From IMG/VR virus record IMGVR_UViG_3300020578_000043, positions 14,728-78,727 of that record: a stretch of DNA of 64,000 bases, one strand, 5' to 3'. The notes under the pieces are model-generated. The model ran no database searches. It was not told the DNA's origin and was given only the letters and a program-made list of their open reading frames with translations. Shown here piece by piece: positions 47,390-55,590 of the stretch (its first letter is position 1; each line of letters begins with the position of its first letter). Origin of the DNA: a virus. The position numbers were made by a program, and so were the translations under genes.

Positions 47390-48373
47390 CTATTCAAAAA
47401 CTAGAGTAAACATCCTGACAAAAGTTTGAGTTCCATTGTCATCTATGAACACCTTGCCTGCAAAATAAACGCTCTTTGTGACGTCATTATACCTGTATGT
47501 ACCGTACTCAACGACGTCAAGTTTTTTCATATCCGAATCATTTATCTCAAAGATCTGCGACACCAACTTGTTGTTCAAAGAAGTTGGATCAAATATGATC
47601 GTCTTTTTATATCCTATGTCTTCAAGCTCTTTTAGATCATCTTCTATCTCTACGCTGGTATATTCGTCATACTCTCCGAACCTAGAATAATCTCCTATCT
47701 TATTTTCTTCTATTATCGCTGGATCTGATTTGGTGACAAGAGGGTTATCAAGCCTGTTGATGGGAGGCAAATATTTAAAGTTTATAGATTTGCTGAATAC
47801 TTTATCGTCAAAAATGCTTGGTAAGTCATTTATGAGCCTGGAATGGAATTCATTATCCTTTATAGGATTTTCATCCGTCACCTTAAACTCTATTGATGAA
47901 ACGCCAGTTCCAAATCCTTCATCTTCAAAGACATAATCTCTAGTTCCAAGAACGTATAGGTTCTTAAAGTTATCGATAGAAGATGCAAGCAAATCAGCTG
48001 CAGTTGAGGCAAACTGTGATCCAGACAGGTAACTTACTGTTTCTCTTGCAGAACCTGAATATTCATCTTTAAATTTGTAGCTAGATATCTTTCCGCTAGA
48101 AAGATTAATGTTCTTATTATTCTTGAATGGTTTTAGCTTTCCAGAGTCATCTGCTTCAAAAGTTATCTGATCTTGCGGAAGGTGACACTGTTCAAAGTAT
48201 AATCTAGCTGTTGCATCTGCGGATCCGCTAACGACGCTTGGGTCATAGAAAGAAGTTGCGTCTGTGAAGCTTACGTATTCTATCTTAAGCTTTCCATCTG
48301 CCATCTGTCGTCGACCTTCAAGGGTGACGATGGTATCCATTATTCTAGTTCTGTTGTCTAGGATCCCACTCAT
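47390..48373 (-). CDS. Putative structural protein, N-terminus paralogous to 38095-38814
   Basis: MSGILDNRTRIMDTIVTLEGRRQMADGKLKIEYVSFTD. Confidence 0.55.
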   Translation of the reverse strand: MSGILDNRTRIMDTIVTLEGRRQMADGKLKIEYVSFTDATSFYDPSVVSGSADATARLYFEQCHLPQDQITFEADDSGKLKPFKNNKNINLSSGKISSYKFKDEYSGSARETVSYLSGSQFASTAADLLASSIDNFKNLYVLGTRDYVFEDEGFGTGVSSIEFKVTDENPIKDNEFHSRLINDLPSIFDDKVFSKSINFKYLPPINRLDNPLVTKSDPAIIEENKIGDYSRFGEYDEYTSVEIEDDLKELEDIGYKKTIIFDPTSLNNKLVSQIFEINDSDMKKLDVVEYGTYRYNDVTKSVYFAGKVFIDDNGTQTFVRMFTLVFE

Positions 48374-48422
48374 TGCAATATCAATTATGCGTCAACGGCA
48401 ATAATTGGCCCCTCATCGATCA

Positions 48423-49787
48423 TCATAAAATCTTTGAAGCAAGCGTCGCCAATGGGCTTCTTTCTCCCTTAAGAAGTGTAACGTGTGCTGCTATTGGATA
48501 CTCTTTAAACTTTTCAATTGCGTACGTTAAGCCGTTTGTATAAGCATCAACATCAACGTTATCGATTTGTTCGATGTCTCCCGTCAAAACGATCTTCGTT
48601 CCTTCTCCAACTCTTGTGACGATCGTCTTTAGCTCATGTATCGTGAGGTTTTGAGCTTCATCGATGACGATAAATGCGTTGGGTATTGATCTTCCTCTTA
48701 TGAACGAGATCGCTTCTATCTCTATCAATCCACGTTGTTGCATCAGCTCCATGTAAGGATCAGATGACATTAGATTATCTTTCGATTTTCTTCCTATTTT
48801 CTTACCACTGATACCTAAGAGAAAATCTAGATTGTCTTTGACAGGCGCGATCCATGGTTCCATCTTCTCTTCTAGAGTTCCAGGAAGGTAGCCTATGTCT
48901 TTACCTACAGGTTGTACTGGACGTGAGACTATCAGCTTATGATACTTCGGCTGCGATCCTATCGTATTGAGTTGTTCTAATCCTGCCGCAAGAGCAAGAA
49001 GGGTTTTACCACAACCAGCTTTTCCGACCATCGATAGAAGTTTGACGTTATCGTCCATCAACAAGTCAAGAGAAAATTGTTGCTCTTTGTTGCGAGGTCT
49101 TAAGCCAAAGACGCTCTCAATCTTTGCAAGAGACTTAAGCATTCCATCATCATGAGCTCTTGACATTCCAGACTTTATGGTGTTTCCATTTGTGTCTATA
49201 GACTTTAAAATCACTATTTGGTTTGGAAAGATAGGTTCTTTTGTCGCTTCATCTATCTTGACGTTTCCATTCTTGTATAGAGAATCAACGACATCTTCTT
49301 GTGTTTGAATTACCTTGACACCCCTGTAGAGCTCTTCGAGATCAGAAGAAACCCTCATGTTTAAATAATCTTGGCATTTAAGGCCGAGCGAATCGCACTT
49401 CACTCTTATGTTGATGTCTTTTGATACTAGAACTAAATTTTCATCCTTATGAAGCAACATGAAGCCGATGATCATGTTATCCAAACTTGAACTTGTCGGC
49501 ATGTCCTTTGGCAACATTGATGAAGGATCTTGAAATGAAGCAACGATCTTTATCGTTCCTCCGCCGCGAGTCTTTATGCCGTCGTGGAAACTACCTTGAC
49601 TTCTCATAGAGTCTAAGGCACGACTGACTTGTCTTGCGTTTCTTCCAACCTCATCATTTCTTGTTTTATGTTTGTCAAGCTCCTCCAAGACCAAGATAGG
49701 AATCAGCAAGTCGTTGTCTTCAAAGCTATGAATTGAATCAGGGTCACTCAGAAGGACGTTTGTGTCTAAAACATAAGTTTTTGTCAT
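48423..49787 (-). CDS. phoH: PIN-PhoH (PhoH2-type) protein
   Basis: YVLDTNVLL, VLEELD, VSKDINIRVK (PIN); GKAGCGKT, IGYLPG, RGRS, IDEAQN, GDIEQID. Confidence 0.93.
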   Translation of the reverse strand: MTKTYVLDTNVLLSDPDSIHSFEDNDLLIPILVLEELDKHKTRNDEVGRNARQVSRALDSMRSQGSFHDGIKTRGGGTIKIVASFQDPSSMLPKDMPTSSSLDNMIIGFMLLHKDENLVLVSKDINIRVKCDSLGLKCQDYLNMRVSSDLEELYRGVKVIQTQEDVVDSLYKNGNVKIDEATKEPIFPNQIVILKSIDTNGNTIKSGMSRAHDDGMLKSLAKIESVFGLRPRNKEQQFSLDLLMDDNVKLLSMVGKAGCGKTLLALAAGLEQLNTIGSQPKYHKLIVSRPVQPVGKDIGYLPGTLEEKMEPWIAPVKDNLDFLLGISGKKIGRKSKDNLMSSDPYMELMQQRGLIEIEAISFIRGRSIPNAFIVIDEAQNLTIHELKTIVTRVGEGTKIVLTGDIEQIDNVDVDAYTNGLTYAIEKFKEYPIAAHVTLLKGERSPLATLASKIL

Positions 49788-49851
49788 GTTATTCTATATG
49801 AACAATAGTAAATTCGTTGCTTAAATTATAAACAATTCTTAAGACCTAAAA

Positions 49852-50097
49852 ATGAAATTACCCGTAATCAACACCAAATGTTTTGAAGCGCACGCTAACT
49901 ATAAAGTCAACTGCCAAAAGAAAAGCTGTCGGCACTATATTAACAATCCCGACAGCTTTAACTGTGTTATAGTAGCTTCTCAAAATGGTCCTTACACTCT
50001 TCAAAAGATTGGGAAAATTTACGGATTAACTAGAATGAGAATTTGTCAAATAGAGAAAAGCATCATTCAAAAGATCAAAAACTCGATTTTGATCTAA
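49852..50097 (+). CDS. Small Cys-rich protein with sigma70 region-4-like HTH
   Basis: C..C..C..C N-terminus; YTLQKIGKIYGLTRMRICQIE resembles TLEEVG..FGVTRERIRQIE. Confidence 0.7.
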   Translation: MKLPVINTKCFEAHANYKVNCQKKSCRHYINNPDSFNCVIVASQNGPYTLQKIGKIYGLTRMRICQIEKSIIQKIKNSILI

Positions 50098-50463
50098 TCA
50101 TACTGCTTTCTTTTTCTTAACTTGCTTAACTAGTTTGTCTTCCTGTTTGTCTTCTTTAGGTTCTTGGACCTCTTCTTTTTCTACGACAACGTCTTGTTGT
50201 AGCAGAGGTTCTAAGACCTTTTCCTCGAGTTCTTTTGTTTTTTCTACGGGTAGAATCAATTTTTCGGATTCATGAACTTTTTTTTCTTTAAAAAGTTCAG
50301 ATTTATTTTGTTTTTCTTCTTGAGCAGAATCAAGATCATGAGTTTGCAAATCCTTAATCGGTTCTTTTGAAGACAGTCTTCCTGACTTAGTCTTATAAGG
50401 TATCTTAGGGTTTAACTTAAAATCTGTTATATCTGCTAATATTGCTCTTCTTGGCGCTGGCAT
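50098..50463 (-). CDS. Hypothetical Lys/Glu-rich protein
   Basis: 121 aa, GAGG RBS. Confidence 0.5.
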   Translation of the reverse strand: MPAPRRAILADITDFKLNPKIPYKTKSGRLSSKEPIKDLQTHDLDSAQEEKQNKSELFKEKKVHESEKLILPVEKTKELEEKVLEPLLQQDVVVEKEEVQEPKEDKQEDKLVKQVKKKKAV

Positions 50464-50478
50464 TTAAATCACCTCATT

Positions 50479-50513
50479 AAAAAAGGGGACACACATCAAA
50501 TATGTATCCCCTT
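50479..50513 (-). terminator. Rho-independent terminator
   Basis: AAGGGGATACATA-loop-TGTGTGTCCCCTT hairpin followed by T-run. Confidence 0.7.
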
Positions 50514-50542
50514 GACAAAAAACTGTCGCTTGTGTGTGTTTT

Positions 50543-50743
50543 TCACTCTGGTTTCTTTGACTTATCTAGAGAAATGGTCAACTTGACGAGATCACCCGCC
50601 TTTGTCTTGAGCTCGCGAAGGCCTTTTCTTACCCTAACGCCTGCAGCTGCAGTTCCTTTTGCATTCTTTGCAACATCATGCTCAAGAGATTCGACAAGAG
50701 CCTTCAAATCAGCCCACTTTGCTAAAACTTCGTTATCTGACAT
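50543..50743 (-). CDS. Histone H1-like Hc1-family nucleoid protein
   Basis: LVESLEHDVAKNAKGTAAAGVRVRKGLRELK matches the Hc1 core G.KAAG.R.RK...EL; AGGAGG RBS. Confidence 0.7.
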   Translation of the reverse strand: MSDNEVLAKWADLKALVESLEHDVAKNAKGTAAAGVRVRKGLRELKTKAGDLVKLTISLDKSKKPE

Positions 50744-50793
50744 ATTTGATAACCTCCTAAACCAAATATAGGCCTGACGATGAAGGAGTAAAA

Positions 50794-52440
50794 TTATGAC
50801 ACGACAAAGTCAGGTGGAAACATGTTTTTGTTCATTCTATAGAATCTATTCCAGTCTTCATCCAAAATGTATGATACAGCATGATCATTTTCATTTCTGA
50901 TTGATCTACCGAGCGACTGTATCACGGATTTTGCAGTCATGTAAGGATACCAAAACTTATTTTTTTCCATTCTCTTTTGGATGACCATGTCTCCTAAATA
51001 AGGAAATGGAACCTTACAGATGATTTGAAACCTACTGTGATCATCAAACAAGTCAACACCTTCCATCATGGAAGGACTCAACAGCACTGTCGGTTCTTTA
51101 GATTCTAAGTGAAGCTTAAGCATCTGATCTCTATTTGAAGAATCATGCATCAGTATACGAGATGATTGCATAGATTCATTTATGTACTTAGCTACTTTGT
51201 AGTTTGAGCAGTGAATGATTCCTTTATCATTGCAATGCTTTTCTAATAACATCTTCACTGCTTCTGACATTGCAGGCAGAGTTCTATCGATGCTATTCTT
51301 TGACATCGATCCTACAGGAAGAAAGTGAATCGGACGATTCTCTATAGGAAACGGTGACGGTATGTTTAAAAACTCTGCTTCATCCGATGATATTCCTAAT
51401 GACTCACAAAAGATATTTTTATCAACGATCGTCGCAGACATCAAGAGAACCCGCCCGCCGTGTTTAAAAAATACATCGTGACTGTATGGTGAAACATCAA
51501 TCGGTTTAAACTCGAATTTTTTACCGGCCTTCTTGTTGTCAGGAGAAGGGTACGAGACGTTCATGATCCAGTTGTCTGGTTTGTAGACCTCTAGGAATCT
51601 GTTGACCTTACAGATGTGTTTATCCAACATCTCATATTGTTTGGAAAACGAACCATAGCCTTCAATGTCACCGCTGAGTTTTGACAGAGATTTCTCAAGA
51701 TCTTTCATGTACTTGTTTGAAGACTTCATGTAAGTCTTCTTAATCCAATCATAAATCGATGTTTGGTCCATCGACTTTGGCATCTTGCACTTAAGAACGT
51801 CTCTTGCAAATTTTTCTGAAAAAGTTACCTCAATAAATTTTCCTAACTCTGATTCAGCGTTATGTGCCTCATCGACGACGAGTAACCCTCTAGGTTCTAG
51901 TTTTCCTGCATACATCGTCTCTGCAAGAAAGTACGAAAAGTTGGTAACTGAAATGGGTGAATTTATAAACTCTTGTTTTTCTAGACCGTATGGACATTGA
52001 GTCTTGCACTGCTTTTGAAACTCTGATCCACTAAGATGTTTTGCAAGTTTGCTTAGAATCCTCCTAGATTCCGCGCAAGATTGATCAGGATAAAAAGAGC
52101 ATTGATAGTTTGAACTAGACTTGATGGATCTTACGAGGCATGTCTTGTCCGGACCTCCTCCAAAGTCTCTTAGGTACTGCTCTTGAAGAATCTTTTGCGT
52201 CGTGATGACGTAAGATCCTGTCATCAAGTCTCCGTTTTGATCTCTTAATGGGGTTCCATGCGACTCCATGTATCTAGATATCGTGATACCTATCGCTGAC
52301 TTTCCCACCCCTGTACCTAATTCAAGGATAACAAATCTCTTTCCTGACTCAAACGAATCTATGGCAAACTCAATTGCTCTAGCTTGTTCCTTTCTAATCT
52401 TTTGAAAAGGAAAGTAACGAGCATAATCATGCTGCGGCAT
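50794..52440 (-). CDS. DinG/Rad3-like SF2 helicase
   Basis: RKEQ Q-motif, GTGVGKS, Cys cluster, VVDEAH, MSAT, EGVD, KVPFP, QSLGRSIR. Confidence 0.88.
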   Translation of the reverse strand: MPQHDYARYFPFQKIRKEQARAIEFAIDSFESGKRFVILELGTGVGKSAIGITISRYMESHGTPLRDQNGDLMTGSYVITTQKILQEQYLRDFGGGPDKTCLVRSIKSSSNYQCSFYPDQSCAESRRILSKLAKHLSGSEFQKQCKTQCPYGLEKQEFINSPISVTNFSYFLAETMYAGKLEPRGLLVVDEAHNAESELGKFIEVTFSEKFARDVLKCKMPKSMDQTSIYDWIKKTYMKSSNKYMKDLEKSLSKLSGDIEGYGSFSKQYEMLDKHICKVNRFLEVYKPDNWIMNVSYPSPDNKKAGKKFEFKPIDVSPYSHDVFFKHGGRVLLMSATIVDKNIFCESLGISSDEAEFLNIPSPFPIENRPIHFLPVGSMSKNSIDRTLPAMSEAVKMLLEKHCNDKGIIHCSNYKVAKYINESMQSSRILMHDSSNRDQMLKLHLESKEPTVLLSPSMMEGVDLFDDHSRFQIICKVPFPYLGDMVIQKRMEKNKFWYPYMTAKSVIQSLGRSIRNENDHAVSYILDEDWNRFYRMNKNMFPPDFVVS

Positions 52441-52478
52441 GCACAAATTGTAACATGCAATGCCTCAGTTTTACACGC

Positions 52479-53078
52479 TCAGCGTCCTATGATTTTGTCA
52501 ACGATTCCTAACTTTATCGCATCATCAGGAGTCAGGTAATAATCATGTCCTGATTTCATGATTGACTCAATTTGCTCTATGGTCATCTTCGTCTCGTTTT
52601 GAAGAGCATTAGTCATCAAGTTGTGCAAACGTTTGTGCTCGTTCGTTTCGTTTGCTGATTCAAACACGTTTCCATAAAACCCACCTGAAATTGGATGCAT
52701 CATCAACCTTGCAGATGATCCGATCATTCTCTTACCTTTCACGCCTGAAGCTAAAAGAAGAACGCCGGCTGACATAACCTTTCCTAGAGCAATTGTATGG
52801 ACTGGACATGGTAGGAACTTAATCGTGTCATACAAAGAGAACATCTCATCTACCGATCCACCGTATGTAGACACAACAAGGTGGATTGGTTTATGATTTT
52901 GATTGGCAAGGTACAATAGCTGAACGATCGTTGCTGCAATCGATTGCTCGCTAACGCCGCCGTACAACACGACTATTCTAGAGTCTTCATGAGGAGATAT
53001 CATGATGTTTGCGTCATGATCTTCTGAATTGATTTTTCGTGACGTTGCAGAATTTTGTGGTTCAACTGATCGTCCCAT
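52479..53078 (-). CDS. clpP: ATP-dependent Clp protease proteolytic subunit
   Basis: STYGGSV, GKVMSAG (Ser), MMHP (His), HDYYL..DAIKLGIVDKI (Asp); ATG 53078 preferred. Confidence 0.9.
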   Translation of the reverse strand: MGRSVEPQNSATSRKINSEDHDANIMISPHEDSRIVVLYGGVSEQSIAATIVQLLYLANQNHKPIHLVVSTYGGSVDEMFSLYDTIKFLPCPVHTIALGKVMSAGVLLLASGVKGKRMIGSSARLMMHPISGGFYGNVFESANETNEHKRLHNLMTNALQNETKMTIEQIESIMKSGHDYYLTPDDAIKLGIVDKIIGR

Positions 53079-53307
53079 TGTTTTCCTTTTGTGATGAGAT
53101 AAAGATTTCGTCGCCCACAACTTCTTTTATGACGCTAGTCAAAGTTTGGACTTGCTCTATATTTTCTAACTCCATCGCCAACAAGTATATCAACATTTTT
53201 TGCTGTCGTTGAGTTATTCCTATGTTAAGGACCTCTTTGACTATTCTACGGCATTCCTCATTTTCTGAGGCCAGTTTTTCAGATGTTAGTTGTCCGTATG
53301 TCTGCAT
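53062..53307 (-). CDS. Hypothetical protein
   Basis: 81-aa ORF in tightly packed operon. Confidence 0.55.
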   Translation of the reverse strand: MQTYGQLTSEKLASENEECRRIVKEVLNIGITQRQQKMLIYLLAMELENIEQVQTLTSVIKEVVGDEIFISSQKENNGTIS

Positions 53308-53310
53308 TGT

Positions 53311-53787
53311 TCATCCACCTATTGTTTCTCTTCTAATGTGAGAATCAACCTTGTAGAGGTTTTCGCCTAAGATCCTAATGTATTTCACGGTTCGATTGTC
53401 TTCGTCAACGTCATTTGCGAGTATGACAAAATCTCCCCACCGCTTGTTCTCCAAGATATACTGAGCATGCTCCCAAGTCGGTAGATCACACTCATGTCTC
53501 TCAAGGACTGATACAAGGTTTGGATTCATTCCAGCCTTGACGTCTTCAACCGTAACGATGGAAGACATTGCTTCTTTTCCAGGCATTATCTCAGAAGTAC
53601 AAATGTCAGTTATCTTATGAATTGATCCACAGTTATTACATTGCGCATACTTCTGTTTCACAACATCATCATTGACTTCTGAAAAAACGACAAATCGATG
53701 TCGTTTGTTCTCAGGATCTGATGAATTCTTAAACTGCGGTAAAACGCATCTACACCTTATGAGATGCTTTTGACCAAACGATGCCAT
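53311..53787 (-). CDS. Hypothetical Cys-containing protein
   Basis: CRC and CNNC..H motifs. Confidence 0.6.
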   Translation of the reverse strand: MASFGQKHLIRCRCVLPQFKNSSDPENKRHRFVVFSEVNDDVVKQKYAQCNNCGSIHKITDICTSEIMPGKEAMSSIVTVEDVKAGMNPNLVSVLERHECDLPTWEHAQYILENKRWGDFVILANDVDEDNRTVKYIRILGENLYKVDSHIRRETIGG

Positions 53788-53799
53788 AATCGTTTCAAG

Positions 53800-54060
53800 C
53801 TACTTTCTTTTTTTTAAAATAGTGGATGGATCTCCGGTTGTTGCCGCTACGGCAGTTGACACCTTATTCATGAAATTTTTATGTCCTTTATTGAAACCTT
53901 CGTTAATAGAAGAATCAATCAATGTCATGATCGTGGGCAGCAGATCAGGATCCAGCTTAAGTTGACCATTGTTTATTGCTGAGATCAAGTTCTTCTTGGT
54001 GGTCTCTTTGGCAAAGTCCATCAACTCCCAAGCAATTTTATCAATGTTGTTGTTTGGCAT
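53800..54060 (-). CDS. Hypothetical protein
   Basis: 86-aa ORF; TAACAT -10 six nt upstream. Confidence 0.55.
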   Translation of the reverse strand: MPNNNIDKIAWELMDFAKETTKKNLISAINNGQLKLDPDLLPTIMTLIDSSINEGFNKGHKNFMNKVSTAVAATTGDPSTILKKRK

Positions 54061-54099
54061 ACTTATATGTTAAGTCTAATACTTAAAAAGTAAACTTCT

Positions 54100-54963
54100 A
54101 TGATGCCAAACGTCAAAATCGGCCTTAGCCTAACTTCACTATCTAAAATGGCTGCTATAGCCACTATAGTAGAGAAAAAAATTGATGATTTAAAAGAAAT
54201 TAAATCAATATCAAATTGTGCCGCGAGAAATGTACTCCTTGAAGCAACTAACGATCCAGAACAGTTAACAAAAGATAATAACATAAAAATAAATTTTTCT
54301 TCTGCTGCAGATCAAACGGAGAATGCATTGCCTGATGGACTTAATTCTTTAAAAGCTTTTTTTGCAAAAGCAAAATCTGACATAGAGAGTATAGAGATAC
54401 CTCCAGAACCTGATACTAAAAAGTATGGACAAAAAGAGCAAGAGCAATTATACAAGATTGCTGATTACTTAAGTTATTCGTTTAGAGGATTAAAAAACGT
54501 TCCTTCTGCATTGAAGGCAATAAAACCTAACGAAACTTTTGATTTAGAAAAAATAGCAGGAAAAATTGCACCAATGTTTGCAGGTCAATCAAAGGCTGCG
54601 GGGCAAGTTCCCTCAGGGTGGAACCCGCAGGGTTTTTCTGAAGAAATAGCTAAAGTTGCAGAGACTGAAGAAGGAAGAAAATCACTAATAGCAATTACTT
54701 CTAAAATACCTGAATCTTCTCCTCCAGAACAGCCTGAAACATCAGATGAAGAAGATGAAGAAACAGCTGATCCTTTTGTTGCGTTTGAAGAAAGATCAAA
54801 AACCGACAAAGAAATTAAAGATAACTTTGCTAAGTTTTTAAACGGTAAGGTGGGCGGCCCGCTCGGAACTGAAGGATTTTTAAAAATGAAAGAAATAGGA
54901 TTATTGAACCTTGACGCTGCAAAAGAGATAATGAGAGAATTTCTAAAGCAATATAAAAAATAA
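54100..54963 (+). CDS. Hypothetical protein (AT-rich island, paralogous C-terminus)
   Basis: 287-aa ORF, ATACTTA motif upstream. Confidence 0.6.
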   Translation: MMPNVKIGLSLTSLSKMAAIATIVEKKIDDLKEIKSISNCAARNVLLEATNDPEQLTKDNNIKINFSSAADQTENALPDGLNSLKAFFAKAKSDIESIEIPPEPDTKKYGQKEQEQLYKIADYLSYSFRGLKNVPSALKAIKPNETFDLEKIAGKIAPMFAGQSKAAGQVPSGWNPQGFSEEIAKVAETEEGRKSLIAITSKIPESSPPEQPETSDEEDEETADPFVAFEERSKTDKEIKDNFAKFLNGKVGGPLGTEGFLKMKEIGLLNLDAAKEIMREFLKQYKK

Positions 54964-54969
54964 ACTAGA

Positions 54970-55590
54970 TTGCAAGGATCAGCAATGTCATTTCGAAAAT
55001 CAACAAATCCAAAAATCAGTGAATTATCAAAAATGATAGTCTCTTCTATATTGATAGAAGATTTTGTCAATAGAGATGAACGTCTATTTGAAAGTTATCT
55101 TCTAGAAAAAAAACGACCTGCAATGACGGCAAGACCGGCTAAAAAAGATAATTTCTCAAATTTTTCAGAAATGATAAGAACTGGAGAGATTGCTAGTGAA
55201 AAGGATCTAGACGGCCTTTTAAAACAAGGCGCAGGGGTCTCTGCAAATGATAAAAGAAAATTACTTGATCAACTACGTCAAAAAAATGCTGCACCGATAC
55301 AAGGCCAAAAAATTATAGATGTGGGTGAACCCAACAAAGAAATTGAGAAAGCGCCAGAAGAAGTACCTGAAGGAGCTAATTTAGGAACTCTTATTAAGCT
55401 GTCTTCTGATAAAGAATTTTCTGAAGAGTTTTTATCGTATATGACCGACAACGGATTAGGCAGCGTAACACCAACCATTTTCAAATCGATGTACGATAAA
55501 AAATATCTAGATGCTTCAAAATCAGAAAGCTTTTTAAAAAAATTCTTTCAAGTTTACAACGAAAAATCAAAAGAAGAATCTACTCAATAG
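54970..55590 (+). CDS. Hypothetical protein (AT-rich island, paralogous C-terminus)
   Basis: About 200-aa ORF; internal ATG after AAGGA may be the true start. Confidence 0.6.
   Translation: MQGSAMSFRKSTNPKISELSKMIVSSILIEDFVNRDERLFESYLLEKKRPAMTARPAKKDNFSNFSEMIRTGEIASEKDLDGLLKQGAGVSANDKRKLLDQLRQKNAAPIQGQKIIDVGEPNKEIEKAPEEVPEGANLGTLIKLSSDKEFSEEFLSYMTDNGLGSVTPTIFKSMYDKKYLDASKSESFLKKFFQVYNEKSKEESTQ

Noticed and set aside
54585-55070. 161-aa minus-strand ORF
   Set aside because: Ser-rich antisense shadow of the plus-strand pair
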